From Candidatus Woesebacteria bacterium GW2011_GWB1_39_10 (GTDB taxonomy: Bacteria > Patescibacteriota > Microgenomatia > UBA8517): DNA of 64,000 bases. The translations under genes and the position numbers were made by a program. The notes beneath the pieces are model-generated. The model was not told where the DNA came from and searched no databases. It worked only from the letters and a program-made list of their open reading frames with translations. The stretch's first letter is position 1, and each line of letters opens with the position of its first letter. Of this stretch, positions 1-9,489 are shown piece by piece. The DNA lies in the NCBI GenBank assembly GCA_000993205.1, contig LBVU01000003.1, positions 21,820 to 85,819 on the forward strand. The letters are read 5' to 3'.

Positions 1-87
1 GGGGTCTTTATGGAGAATTTCCCATTTTTTGCTTATCATAATATCTTAGTATCCTAATATCTTAGTATCTTCTATAATGATAGCAAG

Positions 88-1494
88 ATGAAAATAGATT
101 TGCCCGAATCGGTATTAGAAATATTAGACAAATTTGATGGATTTGGTTACGAAATCTATATCGTTGGTGGCGCTGTCCGCGATTTATTAATGGGGAGACT
201 TGTAAACGACTGGGATTTCGCAACTAATGCAACACCCGAACAAATTTTAAAGGTAATTCCCGAGGGTTTTTATGATAATCAGTTCGGAACTGTTGGACTT
301 ACAGTCGAGGATTACAAAAAACCTTTTGAAATTACGACTTATAGAACCGAGGAGGGTTATTCGGATGCAAGACACCCAGACAAAATATCTTGGGGAAAAA
401 CTTTAGAAGAAGACTTATCAAGGCGTGATTTTACGATCAATGCAATGGCGCTTGGCGCAGTACAAAGTACAAAGCACAAAGCACAGAGCGAAAAAACTAA
501 GTACTCTGTACTGGGTACTGTGTACTTAATCGATCCGTTTAATGGGCAATCTGATATCGACAAGGGAATTATAAAGGCCGTAGGTAATGCCGACGACCGC
601 TTCTCTGAAGATGCTCTGAGAATGATGAGGGTAATCAGAATCGCTGGAGAACTTGGTTTTAACATTCAAGGTGACACCTTTGACGCTATCAAAAAGAATG
701 CTCCGTTAATTAATAAAATTGCCAAGGAAAGAGTCAAAGAAGAACTTTTCAAACTAATCTCTTCCCCTAACCCGTATGATGGGATTCTTCTTTTTAGAAA
801 TTCGGGACTTATGCAGGAAATTCTACCGGAACTTGAAAAATGCTTTGGGGTAGAACAAAAATCCCCCGGTAGGCACCATATTTACGACGTCGGAACCCAT
901 TTACTGATGGCGCTCAAATTTTGCAAAAGCGAAGATACAGTCACCAGATTCGCCACACTAATTCATGACATTGGAAAGCCCCAAACATACAGGAAATTAG
1001 AAAACGGAACTATAACTTTCTATAACCATGAAATGGTTTCTACTAAAATTGCTGAGAGTATTGCCGACAGACTCAGATTTTCAAAAAAAGAAAAGGATAA
1101 GTTAATTATCCTAGTCCGCTGGCACCAATTTACAGTCGACGAACACCAAACAGATTCAGCAATCAGGAGAGTGCTTAGAAATGTGGGTCTGGAAAATATG
1201 GACGATATGTTGGCCCTAAGGGTCGCAGACCGGCTTGGTGGTGGTGCCCGCGAAACAAGTTGGAGATTGGAAGAGTTTAAGGCGCGTTTGATTGAAGTTC
1301 AAAAACAACCGTTCTCGATCAAAGACTTAAAGATAGACGGGAACGATGTAATGAAAGTCCTTCGACTGCGCTCAGGACCTGAGGTTGGAAAAATTTTGAG
1401 TGATCTTTTTGAAAAAGTTGTGAATAAAGAAATTGAGAACAATAAGGAAAATCTAACATCAGAGCTCAAAAAGTTTAATGATCTAGATCAATAA
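88..1494 (+). CDS. cca: CCA-adding tRNA nucleotidyltransferase with C-terminal HD domain
   Basis: N-terminal GGAVRDLLMGR...DWDF polymerase-beta head. HD motif HHIYDVGTHL...LIHDIGKP. TATAAT lies 8 nt upstream of the ATG. Confidence 0.85.
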   Translation: MKIDLPESVLEILDKFDGFGYEIYIVGGAVRDLLMGRLVNDWDFATNATPEQILKVIPEGFYDNQFGTVGLTVEDYKKPFEITTYRTEEGYSDARHPDKISWGKTLEEDLSRRDFTINAMALGAVQSTKHKAQSEKTKYSVLGTVYLIDPFNGQSDIDKGIIKAVGNADDRFSEDALRMMRVIRIAGELGFNIQGDTFDAIKKNAPLINKIAKERVKEELFKLISSPNPYDGILLFRNSGLMQEILPELEKCFGVEQKSPGRHHIYDVGTHLLMALKFCKSEDTVTRFATLIHDIGKPQTYRKLENGTITFYNHEMVSTKIAESIADRLRFSKKEKDKLIILVRWHQFTVDEHQTDSAIRRVLRNVGLENMDDMLALRVADRLGGGARETSWRLEEFKARLIEVQKQPFSIKDLKIDGNDVMKVLRLRSGPEVGKILSDLFEKVVNKEIENNKENLTSELKKFNDLDQ

Positions 1495-1534
1495 AGTAAA
1501 TTAAGGGAAGTTAGAGGATTTTAGATAAATAAAT

Positions 1535-2116
1535 TTATTTATTGCAATTTTTCCATAGCCCTAAATCATTCTCCCTTGCATATTTTTCTGACTCCAAAAA
1601 CATTTTTTGATATTTAACATCGGGAGGATATGTTGAGACGCTGGCAAAACCCTCACGGAGCATCTCGTCATTAACAAGTACACCTCCGAGGTGTACGTAA
1701 CGAAGAAGACGGCCATATTTGTCTGTTTCTGAAATATCTTTTTCTAATTCAACTGTTTGACCCAAAACTAATTTTTCATTCTCCGCTTTTGCCTCTTCAG
1801 AATAGCACAACACTGTTGGGTACACCTCGGGGGTGTCTATACCTGCATATCTAACTTTTTGACCGCCTTCGATTTGAATTGTGTCACCGTCGTATACGCG
1901 AGTAACTTTTGCGATTGTAAAGACTGACGGAATTGGGGTAATTAGGGAGATTGGGGAGGTTTGTCCTTCGACTTCGCTCAGGATCTTTGAGGGATTTGGG
2001 GAAACTTGGAAAATTGGAGAAATTTGGCTAATTTGTTTATTCTGAAAATAACTAAAAATATAGCCAACTAAAGTTAGTGCTATTCCTAAAAGGAAAAATA
2101 ACTTTTTTCTACTCAT
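1535..2116 (-). CDS. membrane-anchored thermonuclease (SNase-like), paralog A
   Basis: Motifs YDGDTIQI...RYAGIDTPE are typical of staphylococcal-nuclease folds. N-terminal TM helix present. Start set at the internal Met (MSRKKLFF) because the longer ORF overlaps secF. Confidence 0.7.
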   Translation of the reverse strand: MSRKKLFFLLGIALTLVGYIFSYFQNKQISQISPIFQVSPNPSKILSEVEGQTSPISLITPIPSVFTIAKVTRVYDGDTIQIEGGQKVRYAGIDTPEVYPTVLCYSEEAKAENEKLVLGQTVELEKDISETDKYGRLLRYVHLGGVLVNDEMLREGFASVSTYPPDVKYQKMFLESEKYARENDLGLWKNCNK

Positions 2117-2125
2117 TGGTTTCAC

Positions 2126-2147
2126 TTCAATACTATATAGTATTGAA
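2126..2147. promoter_or_regulatory. perfect 11/11 palindrome TTCAATACTATA|TAGTATTGAA between secF stop and nuclease start
   Basis: Seen in the sequence. Could be an operator or an intercistronic hairpin. Confidence 0.3.
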
Positions 2148-2151
2148 GTAT

Positions 2152-2970
2152 TTAGGCACGATTTTTTAATTTTTTTTGAATTTCGTCCCAAGTAACAAGT
2201 ATTGGAACCGCAACGAAGGGAGAAGAATAGGTGCCTGAAATTGTTCCTATTAAAAGAGCTGATGCGAACCATTTTGTAGTTTCACCACCAAGAAGAATTA
2301 AAGCTGCCAGCATAAAAATAATTGTAAAAGAGTTGTTAATTGACCTAACCATCGTTTCAGATAAAGCCATGTTTGCGAGGGTTTTGAGATCTTCGTCGGA
2401 CTTTTTTTGCAATTCTCTGATTCTATCGTAAACGACAATTGTATCGTGAACCGAAAATGAAATTATCGTAAGGAGTGCGGTGACAAAAAGAAAATCAATT
2501 TCGGCTCCAAAAAAGTGGCCCAAGATTGAATACATTCCAATTACAACAATTGCATCATGTAGTGTTGCCACAGTAGCCGAAATTCCGAATTTTATACTTT
2601 TAAATTGATATGCGATCCAAAGAAGAATCAACGAAGTGGAAATTGCCAGACCGTAAATTGTTTTTTTAACCAATTCGGGTCCGATTGTCGGGCCGACTGT
2701 TTCTAACCGTTCTTCCGTTGCACCTTGGGCTTTATAATCAGATCTGATTTTTTCTATTTGCACGTCTCCCAATTGTCCGTATCTTTCGACCTTCTTTTCT
2801 CCGTTTTGCAACCTGTATTCGATAAGTGTCCCTCCTTTAAAATCGATCCCGATTTTTAATCCCCACTTTAAAATACTAAGTATTCCGACAATGATAACAA
2901 TTGTCGATATAGATAAAAATAAAGGTCTGTATTTCATCCAATTCACAATATTTATCGACACTAATGACAC
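2152..2970 (-). CDS. secF: protein translocase subunit SecF
   Basis: SecF-like 6-TM architecture and motifs. Adjacent to secD. Confidence 0.85.
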   Translation of the reverse strand: MSLVSINIVNWMKYRPLFLSISTIVIIVGILSILKWGLKIGIDFKGGTLIEYRLQNGEKKVERYGQLGDVQIEKIRSDYKAQGATEERLETVGPTIGPELVKKTIYGLAISTSLILLWIAYQFKSIKFGISATVATLHDAIVVIGMYSILGHFFGAEIDFLFVTALLTIISFSVHDTIVVYDRIRELQKKSDEDLKTLANMALSETMVRSINNSFTIIFMLAALILLGGETTKWFASALLIGTISGTYSSPFVAVPILVTWDEIQKKLKNRA

Positions 2971-3006
2971 GAATTAGCTACAACACGAATGTCACAAATA
3001 TTCGTA

Positions 3007-4326
3007 TCATTCGTGTGCAATTCGTATATTTGTGTCGCTCCTCCTTTCTTTTATAAATACCCTTAACAAATTTCTCGAAACAAATATTCCCGTAAATAAG
3101 CTTATCGCGATTCCGAGTGCAAGTGTTATTGCAAATCCCCGAACAGGACCCGAGGAAGGTAGAATTGACCAGTCCAGAGGGTTCCAAAGAATAAAACAAG
3201 TGACGAGGGTTGCAATGTTGGCATCACGTATTGAGTCCCAAGCACGCCCGAAAGAGGTTTCGAGGGCATTAGGAATTGACCTTATCAATTTTTCTTCTTT
3301 AAATCTTTCAAATATCAGAATGTTGCTATCCACTGCCATTCCGATTGAAAGCATAAATCCGGCTATACCCGGAAGAGTTAAGGTGACCGGGATCAGTTTA
3401 TATAAAGATAGGGTAATGACTCCAAAAATAAACAGTCCAATATCTGCAACGAGTCCAAGTTTACCGTAAGACAAGATCATAAAAATCATGACTGACAATA
3501 TTCCCACTAAACCGGCCAAAACACTTTGTCTAATTGATTCTGTTCCCAATGTTGCTCCAACCGTCGTTTCTTGAACCAATTTTACCGGAACCGGAAGCGC
3601 GCCGGCATTTAGTTGTATTGATAATTTCTTGGCCTCATCAATTGAAAAGTTTCCGGATATTTGAGCGTTACCGCCAATAATTTTCTCGGAAACAACGGGC
3701 TGTGACAGTAAGGTATTGTCCAAGACGATTAATACCGGCTTACCCACATTTCTACCCGTGATATCTTCAAATTTCTTGCCTCCTTCATCTGTAAACTGCA
3801 AGGAAATAGCCGGTTTGCCTGTTTGACTATCAAACTGAACTGAAGCGTTTTTAAGGTCCGCTCCGGTTAAATTGGTAGAAACAAGAGTTGCAGAAGGAGA
3901 CGCTCCCTTTGTAGCCGGAATAATTTTTTCTTCCATAAATATCAATTGCGCCGTCTGGCCAATGAGATTTATCGCGTCTTTTGTACTATCCAAACCCGGG
4001 AGTTCAATAATTATTCTATTTTTTCCCTGGAACTCGGAGGTTTGAACCGTTGGTTCTGAAACTCCGAAAAGGTTTACTCTTCTTTCTATAACATTTCTGA
4101 CACCCTCAAGGGCGGATTGACGACGGTCTGTCGGGATATTGGTTGTGTCTGCTTCAAAAACCAATCGACTTCCCCCTGCCAGATCAAGCCCTAATCGGAG
4201 ATCGAATTTATGAGACAACGAAAAATTGCCTATTTTTATATTTAAATCGGGAGGCAAACTTATGTAAGTTGCAGCTACTGTTAAGATAAATGTGAAGCTA
4301 ATTAACCAAATCTTCTTCATCGCCAA
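3007..4326 (-). CDS. secD: protein translocase subunit SecD
   Basis: SecD periplasmic domain plus C-terminal TM bundle. Upstream of secF. Confidence 0.85.
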   Translation of the reverse strand: MAMKKIWLISFTFILTVAATYISLPPDLNIKIGNFSLSHKFDLRLGLDLAGGSRLVFEADTTNIPTDRRQSALEGVRNVIERRVNLFGVSEPTVQTSEFQGKNRIIIELPGLDSTKDAINLIGQTAQLIFMEEKIIPATKGASPSATLVSTNLTGADLKNASVQFDSQTGKPAISLQFTDEGGKKFEDITGRNVGKPVLIVLDNTLLSQPVVSEKIIGGNAQISGNFSIDEAKKLSIQLNAGALPVPVKLVQETTVGATLGTESIRQSVLAGLVGILSVMIFMILSYGKLGLVADIGLFIFGVITLSLYKLIPVTLTLPGIAGFMLSIGMAVDSNILIFERFKEEKLIRSIPNALETSFGRAWDSIRDANIATLVTCFILWNPLDWSILPSSGPVRGFAITLALGIAISLFTGIFVSRNLLRVFIKERRSDTNIRIAHE

Positions 4327-4882
4327 TAATCATAACACGGGAGCCTCCCAAAATCCCACCCAAGAACGGGTCACGTCTTTTTTTTCTAAAGTCAAATTCT
4401 TCCCTGCTCATTACGGTGTAGTTAATTTCCTTACCCCGTTTACTTTCCTCAACCCGAATTATGGAAGCGAGTTCCGGAAGAACAACATCTCCAACAACTA
4501 ATATGTCAACATCTTCATCCCGTTTTCTGTCTTTAATCCGAACAAATTTACCAGAAAACATAATAAAAGAAGCTTTGCCGATTTTGTTTTTGTTCTCAAT
4601 TAATGCTTTACCCAAACCTGTAGTTTTGGCAACTATCGATATCAGATCGCCATAAAACGGATGGCCAGAACGGGTAAAATAATAAATTCTATTGCCTCTA
4701 GGTTCTTTCTCTAAAATTCCATCCTTCTCAAGTTTTGTAAGTTCGCGCCTTACCGCATTAATTTCCTCATCTGTCTCGCGCACAATTCCACGAACATGAT
4801 AAAGTTCCTTTAAGTTGGAGAAGAAAAGCTCCAAAATTTTAATCCTGACTTTTGAAGTAATAATGTCACCAAAATTAGCCAT
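4298..4882 (-). CDS. winged-helix DNA-binding protein with uncharacterised C-terminal domain
   Basis: N-terminal wHTH-like segment (KILELF...LTKLEKDGIL). No confident family assignment. Confidence 0.4.
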   Translation of the reverse strand: MANFGDIITSKVRIKILELFFSNLKELYHVRGIVRETDEEINAVRRELTKLEKDGILEKEPRGNRIYYFTRSGHPFYGDLISIVAKTTGLGKALIENKNKIGKASFIMFSGKFVRIKDRKRDEDVDILVVGDVVLPELASIIRVEESKRGKEINYTVMSREEFDFRKKRRDPFLGGILGGSRVMIIGDEEDLVN

Positions 4883-4900
4883 TGGTTTTATCCGGGCAGG

Positions 4901-6142
4901 TTAATATGTGACAGGATTCCCTGCCGGTAGCACCTCGATCCAAGTGGCACCGCGGACCATCTCAATCTCTTTCCCATTTGTATCATAAAATGCCTCTCTG
5001 TCAAGAGGAGTTGCTTTTCTCCAAGTGCCCGCTATAACTCCTCCATTCTGAAAAACCAAGGCTTTCCCCGTCCCAATGACCTGATAGAACATATGATGTT
5101 CTGTATCGAGCGGTCCGGTTTCCTTTACGAATATTACGACTACATTGCTCGCCGAGAGCTGGGGCTTATCAAACTCCCAATCAATATGTTCTTTTCCGCC
5201 ATTGAAGCGCTTGTAAGAGTTCGGTGCCTGATCATATTTCCATTCGACGTCATAACCAGACATACTTTCCCAAAAGTTAAACTTTAAATTTGTCACAGGC
5301 GAAGAAGTTGTCGTTTTTCCATCCTGGAAAAGCCATTTTCTAAATCCCTGGGTCCAGGCAACTCCGCTATCGTCTTTATAATTAAAACCGCGTTTTTGAG
5401 CATCCTGCCAAATCAAATCAAGATTTGCTACAACGGCGTGCTCCCAAGCCGACGGAGTACTACCCAAACGATATTGGTCACGCACCACAAGAGGAAAACC
5501 AATGTTATACCCGCCATCCAAATTATTGCCTTTCGGTCCACCCTGCCAACCCAACTTATCAAAAAGTGTAAGAGTGTTAACGGTTGGGTCAATTTCACTC
5601 CTCGGCTTTACTCCACCCGGACAAGTTGAACAAATATTGTTTGCTCCGCCCTGATGAAGGAAAAGGGGATTTTTTCCGTAACCGGCCGCCAGATTCATAA
5701 AATAAACCCTGGCACTCCTTAGCGGCGCCGCTTTAACTTCATTGGCTACGGCTCCGCAATAAAAAACGGCTGCAAATCTGGTTATTCCACCCTCCGCCAC
5801 TGCTTCATAAACAACATCCGCACGCGAAAGTCCGGATTCCGGACGGGCATCCTGATGGTTTTCGATCATCTGAACAATGGGTCGGCGTGTGTTCCAAACA
5901 TCTGCCTCCGGTTTAGTATACTTTTGACCATTAATAGGACATTCTTCCGTTTTGGGAAGGTTCAAATTGAATTTTGATTTCTGAGCCACTTTATTTATTA
6001 CGCTTCCGATGTTTTTTGGAGAAATCAAGTAGAAAACAAGTAAGCCAAGTCCCACAGAAATCAAAAAAAGTCCGCTAAAACTTGCAATCATTATGAACCT
6101 CTTGGAACTCAAAATGTTACTAAATTTCTTAAATTTGTACAT
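4901..6142 (-). CDS. hypothetical membrane-anchored secreted protein (possibly DUF3048/YerB-like)
   Basis: Long ORF with an N-terminal TM or signal anchor. Family guess is weak. Confidence 0.5.
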   Translation of the reverse strand: MYKFKKFSNILSSKRFIMIASFSGLFLISVGLGLLVFYLISPKNIGSVINKVAQKSKFNLNLPKTEECPINGQKYTKPEADVWNTRRPIVQMIENHQDARPESGLSRADVVYEAVAEGGITRFAAVFYCGAVANEVKAAPLRSARVYFMNLAAGYGKNPLFLHQGGANNICSTCPGGVKPRSEIDPTVNTLTLFDKLGWQGGPKGNNLDGGYNIGFPLVVRDQYRLGSTPSAWEHAVVANLDLIWQDAQKRGFNYKDDSGVAWTQGFRKWLFQDGKTTTSSPVTNLKFNFWESMSGYDVEWKYDQAPNSYKRFNGGKEHIDWEFDKPQLSASNVVVIFVKETGPLDTEHHMFYQVIGTGKALVFQNGGVIAGTWRKATPLDREAFYDTNGKEIEMVRGATWIEVLPAGNPVTY

Positions 6143-6144
6143 AT

Positions 6145-6603
6145 TTATTTACTTTTCTGGGCACCTGTCAGAGCCTTTTTCTCATCGACTGACAATTCAA
6201 AACTACTTTTACCTCTTTTAATGTCCTTCATATAAACCCTTGTTCTATCTCTTGTATGAAGGCTTGTAATTATTATACCCGTATCTTCACCATCTAAAAT
6301 AGCCAAACTAAAACTGTGGTCACCGCCAAGCTCTCTAAACGGATTAAACCTGACGATAAAAACCTTTTGGACATGACGCCTTCCGTCTTCTTCCAAAAAT
6401 GACACTCTCTTAATAATTTTTGCTACATCAATTCCGTTTTCCTCTTCTTTTGAAATTACCTTTTCTAAAACTTTTTTAAGATCGGCCACACCCACACCTT
6501 TTGTTAATCTATTAAAAATAACAAATATTTTATAAAGAATTATGCTTATCCCCAAAAGCCAAACCGCCGTAATTGTTAAAAATAAAAAAACCTGTGTTTC
6601 CAT
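6145..6603 (-). CDS. hypothetical small membrane protein
   Basis: N-terminal TM helix. ORF is tightly packed against its neighbour. Confidence 0.45.
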   Translation of the reverse strand: METQVFLFLTITAVWLLGISIILYKIFVIFNRLTKGVGVADLKKVLEKVISKEEENGIDVAKIIKRVSFLEEDGRRHVQKVFIVRFNPFRELGGDHSFSLAILDGEDTGIIITSLHTRDRTRVYMKDIKRGKSSFELSVDEKKALTGAQKSK

Positions 6604-6797
6604 TTAGATTTGTAAGGGCAAGCAAAGTTGAGTAACAATGGTACTCCGATTGAACTTAATCATTTTTGCATCTTGAAAAGTAAGTGTCAAGGAGATATGC
6701 TCCTCTTACTCGAGTTTGCAACTCTCGCAAGAGATCATATACTCGAAATTTTCGTTTGCAGATGCAAACTCAAGCTTCTTGAGTATAGATTCCAAAT

Positions 6798-7082
6798 ATG
6801 GCAGTTCACCGAACCAGAAAAAACAAAGAGAACCCTCACTACAATTTTTTGTACTCTTGGCAGCCTTCAGAGCCCCATGTCAATAGGGAAACAAGTTTAA
6901 CAGAAAAAACGATCAAGTCCAACCAAGGCTACGCAAAAAGAGCCAATCTTTTGACTAAAGACGACGACTTACCCAGAATCAAAAAGGATATAATTAAGAG
7001 CCTGATCCTGGTTAGCTTCATACTGATCCTGGAAACAGTTGTATACTTAGCCTTGCACCGTGTTCAACGCGGTTTGCCCTAA
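6798..7082 (+). CDS. possible small protein with C-terminal TM segment (uncertain)
   Basis: ORF lies in a 500-nt gap. TATAGA is 8 nt before the ATG. It directly precedes an SD-led zinc-ribbon ORF. Confidence 0.25.
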   Translation: MAVHRTRKNKENPHYNFLYSWQPSEPHVNRETSLTEKTIKSNQGYAKRANLLTKDDDLPRIKKDIIKSLILVSFILILETVVYLALHRVQRGLP

Positions 7083-7102
7083 GGACTGGAGGTGAAAAAT
7101 TT

Positions 7103-7240
7103 ATGATGTATTGCGTCAAATGTCGCGCCAAGAGGGAAGGTAAAGATGCTCAAGAGGTTACCATGAAGAATGGAAAGAAAGCCACAAAAGCAGTTTGTGA
7201 AGTTTGCGGCACAACCATGTTCAAGATCGGAGGAAAATAA
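7103..7240 (+). CDS. small zinc-ribbon protein (45 aa, CxxC...CxxC)
   Basis: Not in the ORF track because it is under 60 aa. GGAGGTG Shine-Dalgarno sits 8 nt upstream. Two CxxC pairs. Followed by a terminator. Confidence 0.6.
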   Translation: MMYCVKCRAKREGKDAQEVTMKNGKKATKAVCEVCGTTMFKIGGK

Positions 7241-7264
7241 ACTCTTGATTTGAACTCTTAAAGC

Positions 7265-7300
7265 AAAAGGGCACCCACCTAAGTCGGTAGGGCCCCTTTT
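7265..7300 (+). terminator. rho-independent terminator (AAAAGGGC...GCCCCTTTT)
   Basis: GC stem followed by a T-run, immediately downstream of the zinc-ribbon ORF. Confidence 0.5.
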
Positions 7301-7312
7301 GTGTTCCCTACT

Positions 7313-7918
7313 ATGAATATAGACAAAGTCTTCAGCGTATTTAGAAAGAACTACACAGAAATCCCCCTGGAAGTTTTTGGAAATGACCCTTACAAAACCC
7401 TTGTTTCAACTGTTATGTCTGCAAGAACAAACGACACAACTACCCTAGCCGCTGCAAACAGATTGTTTGCAAAGGCGGGGAACTTTGTCGAATTGGGCGA
7501 ATTAGACCAATTAGAAATTGAACAATTGATATATCCGGTTGGGTTCTATAAAACAAAAGCCAAACATCTTAAAGACCTTGCAGGTTCTCTTCTTACAAGG
7601 TATTCGAGAAAAGTTCCAAAAACGAGGGAAGAATTGATGACGCTCCCTGGTGTTGGCAGAAAAACTGCAAATCTGGTTTTAAATAGGGCCTTTGGAATCC
7701 CTGCAATTGCCGTCGATACACACGTTCATAAAATCAGTAACATGCTCGGTTGGGTCCACACAAGAACTCCGGAACAGACAGAACGCGAATTGGTAAAGAT
7801 ATTACCCAAAAAATATTGGCCGGAAACAAATCGATTATTTGTAAGTATCGGCCGACAGTTTACCTCTAAGAAAAAACTGGAAGAGTTTTTGAAGCATAAT
7901 AAACTTACAAACAAATAG
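7313..7918 (+). CDS. endonuclease III-like HhH-GPD DNA glycosylase lacking the C-terminal 4Fe-4S cysteine cluster
   Basis: LPGVGRKTANLVL...VDTHV catalytic Lys/Asp motif. No Cx6Cx2Cx5C cluster. Start moved to the ATG after the terminator. Confidence 0.7.
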   Translation: MNIDKVFSVFRKNYTEIPLEVFGNDPYKTLVSTVMSARTNDTTTLAAANRLFAKAGNFVELGELDQLEIEQLIYPVGFYKTKAKHLKDLAGSLLTRYSRKVPKTREELMTLPGVGRKTANLVLNRAFGIPAIAVDTHVHKISNMLGWVHTRTPEQTERELVKILPKKYWPETNRLFVSIGRQFTSKKKLEEFLKHNKLTNK

Positions 7919-7923
7919 TAAGG

Positions 7924-8385
7924 TCAAGACAGTCTTGAGATTAAATCTTTTAACTCAATTATATCAACAGGGAGAAGAGAGGTCCGCCCACCGAATAGAT
8001 CTTCGCCTACAAAAAATGCCCTATTGGAATCATTAAGATTTGTAGATATTTGATATGAGAGTGCGTTAACACCGCCGATGTTTATCCAGAAACTGGCTCT
8101 TTCTGGATCGACAGAATGTTTTTCGCTCAAACTTGTAGATATTTCAATTGGCACGTTTTCTCCCTTATATTCAACTGTAGTAGAAAACTTTTTGTAATGG
8201 GCCGCTTTACCAGAAAAATCTAATTTTGCAATTGCCCACAAAATTCGATTAAAACCTTTGTCCGATTCAAACTCCCCTTTAGTCGCCAACAAGTCTGCCA
8301 CGGATTTACGAAGCACCGAAAAATCAGAATTATTTCCTTCGACACTTAGATCATCCATTAGACGACCAAGCCTTTCCATTGTCAT
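7924..8385 (-). CDS. hypothetical protein
   Basis: ORF only. Confidence 0.4.
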   Translation of the reverse strand: MTMERLGRLMDDLSVEGNNSDFSVLRKSVADLLATKGEFESDKGFNRILWAIAKLDFSGKAAHYKKFSTTVEYKGENVPIEISTSLSEKHSVDPERASFWINIGGVNALSYQISTNLNDSNRAFFVGEDLFGGRTSLLPVDIIELKDLISRLS

Positions 8386-8416
8386 GAGCCGATAATATTA
8401 CTATAAAGTATCGATG

Positions 8417-9022
8417 TCAATAAGCAGCAATTGCCACTCCAAAGCCACTTTGGGCATAGATGCAACCAAACGAGTATTCCCCACCCGTTAGTAATTTTTT
8501 GTGTCCCAGGGTATTTAGCCAAAGATCCACCGCGTTTTGCGGGGAAGTTGCACCCGATACTAAAAACTCGGATATATCATATTCTTCAAAAATCCATTTT
8601 AAATCGGGCCTGTCGGTTGGCAGTTTAGAAAAACCTTCGTGCCCATCAAGCTTCCCAAGTTCCAAGAGTTGGTTTAGACGGATAGAAGCTATTGTACAAA
8701 GTTCATCTTTTTGTTTTAGGGGGTTAACACCGTGTTCAACTCTGCTTTTATTAACTGCATCCCAAAGTTGAGGGCCTCCCCATAGACTAGAGCGGGTAGT
8801 AGATAGCGGATAGCGAATAGGGGCGTCTGTGGCAGAAGGTTTGGTGGTTGAGGAAACTTTATCTGACAACAATTTTTGATACTCTCCAACTGCGCCGTTC
8901 CAACCGTTGCCATACCCTCTGGCGTATCCGGTCAAAAAAACAGTTAGCATAACAACGAGGAAAGTAAAAACCAAAACAATATTGCTAAAAACTTTGGCAA
9001 TAATTAATGCTATTTTAGTCAT
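8417..9022 (-). CDS. secreted CAP-domain (YkwD-like) protein with N-terminal TM anchor
   Basis: Segment AVDLWLNTLGHKKLL...FGCIYA resembles the CAP/SCP C-terminal motif. Confidence 0.5.
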   Translation of the reverse strand: MTKIALIIAKVFSNIVLVFTFLVVMLTVFLTGYARGYGNGWNGAVGEYQKLLSDKVSSTTKPSATDAPIRYPLSTTRSSLWGGPQLWDAVNKSRVEHGVNPLKQKDELCTIASIRLNQLLELGKLDGHEGFSKLPTDRPDLKWIFEEYDISEFLVSGATSPQNAVDLWLNTLGHKKLLTGGEYSFGCIYAQSGFGVAIAAY

Positions 9023-9455
9023 ATAGAATTGTTACCGGTCCGTCTAATACTGCTTCAATTTGCATATAATCCCCAAAACTACCTGACTCTACTTGGATAT
9101 CTTTTTCCTTAAGCTTAGTCACAAAATATTCATATAATTTTTTAGCTTTTTCAGGTTCCTCAGCATTAATAAACGATGGTCTGTTTCCACCTTTTGTGTC
9201 TGCATAAAGCGTAAATTGAGAAACAACCAACATTTTTCCCCTAACTTCGTTTATCGATTTATTCATTTTATCCGACTCATCACTCATAACCCTTAACTTA
9301 GATAGCTTGTCAGCCAACTTGTGCGCTTCTTCCTCAGTATCCCCTTTTTTAAATCCCACCAAGACAAAAAGACCCAACCCGATCTCCCCAACTGTTTTTT
9401 GATCAGACACGCGAACGACCTTGGCTCTTTTAACTCTTTGCACAATAAGTTTCAT
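9015..9455 (-). CDS. dtd: D-aminoacyl-tRNA deacylase
   Basis: SQFTLYAD motif and length of about 146 aa. Confidence 0.8.
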   Translation of the reverse strand: MKLIVQRVKRAKVVRVSDQKTVGEIGLGLFVLVGFKKGDTEEEAHKLADKLSKLRVMSDESDKMNKSINEVRGKMLVVSQFTLYADTKGGNRPSFINAEEPEKAKKLYEYFVTKLKEKDIQVESGSFGDYMQIEAVLDGPVTILYD

Positions 9456-9489
9456 ATTGATATTTTATAACAAATTTAACAAATGGGGG

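Noticed and set aside
1931-2030. Telomere-like TTAGGG/TTGGGG motifs
   Set aside because: They resemble eukaryotic telomere repeats only superficially. They are short, degenerate, interspersed and partly coding.
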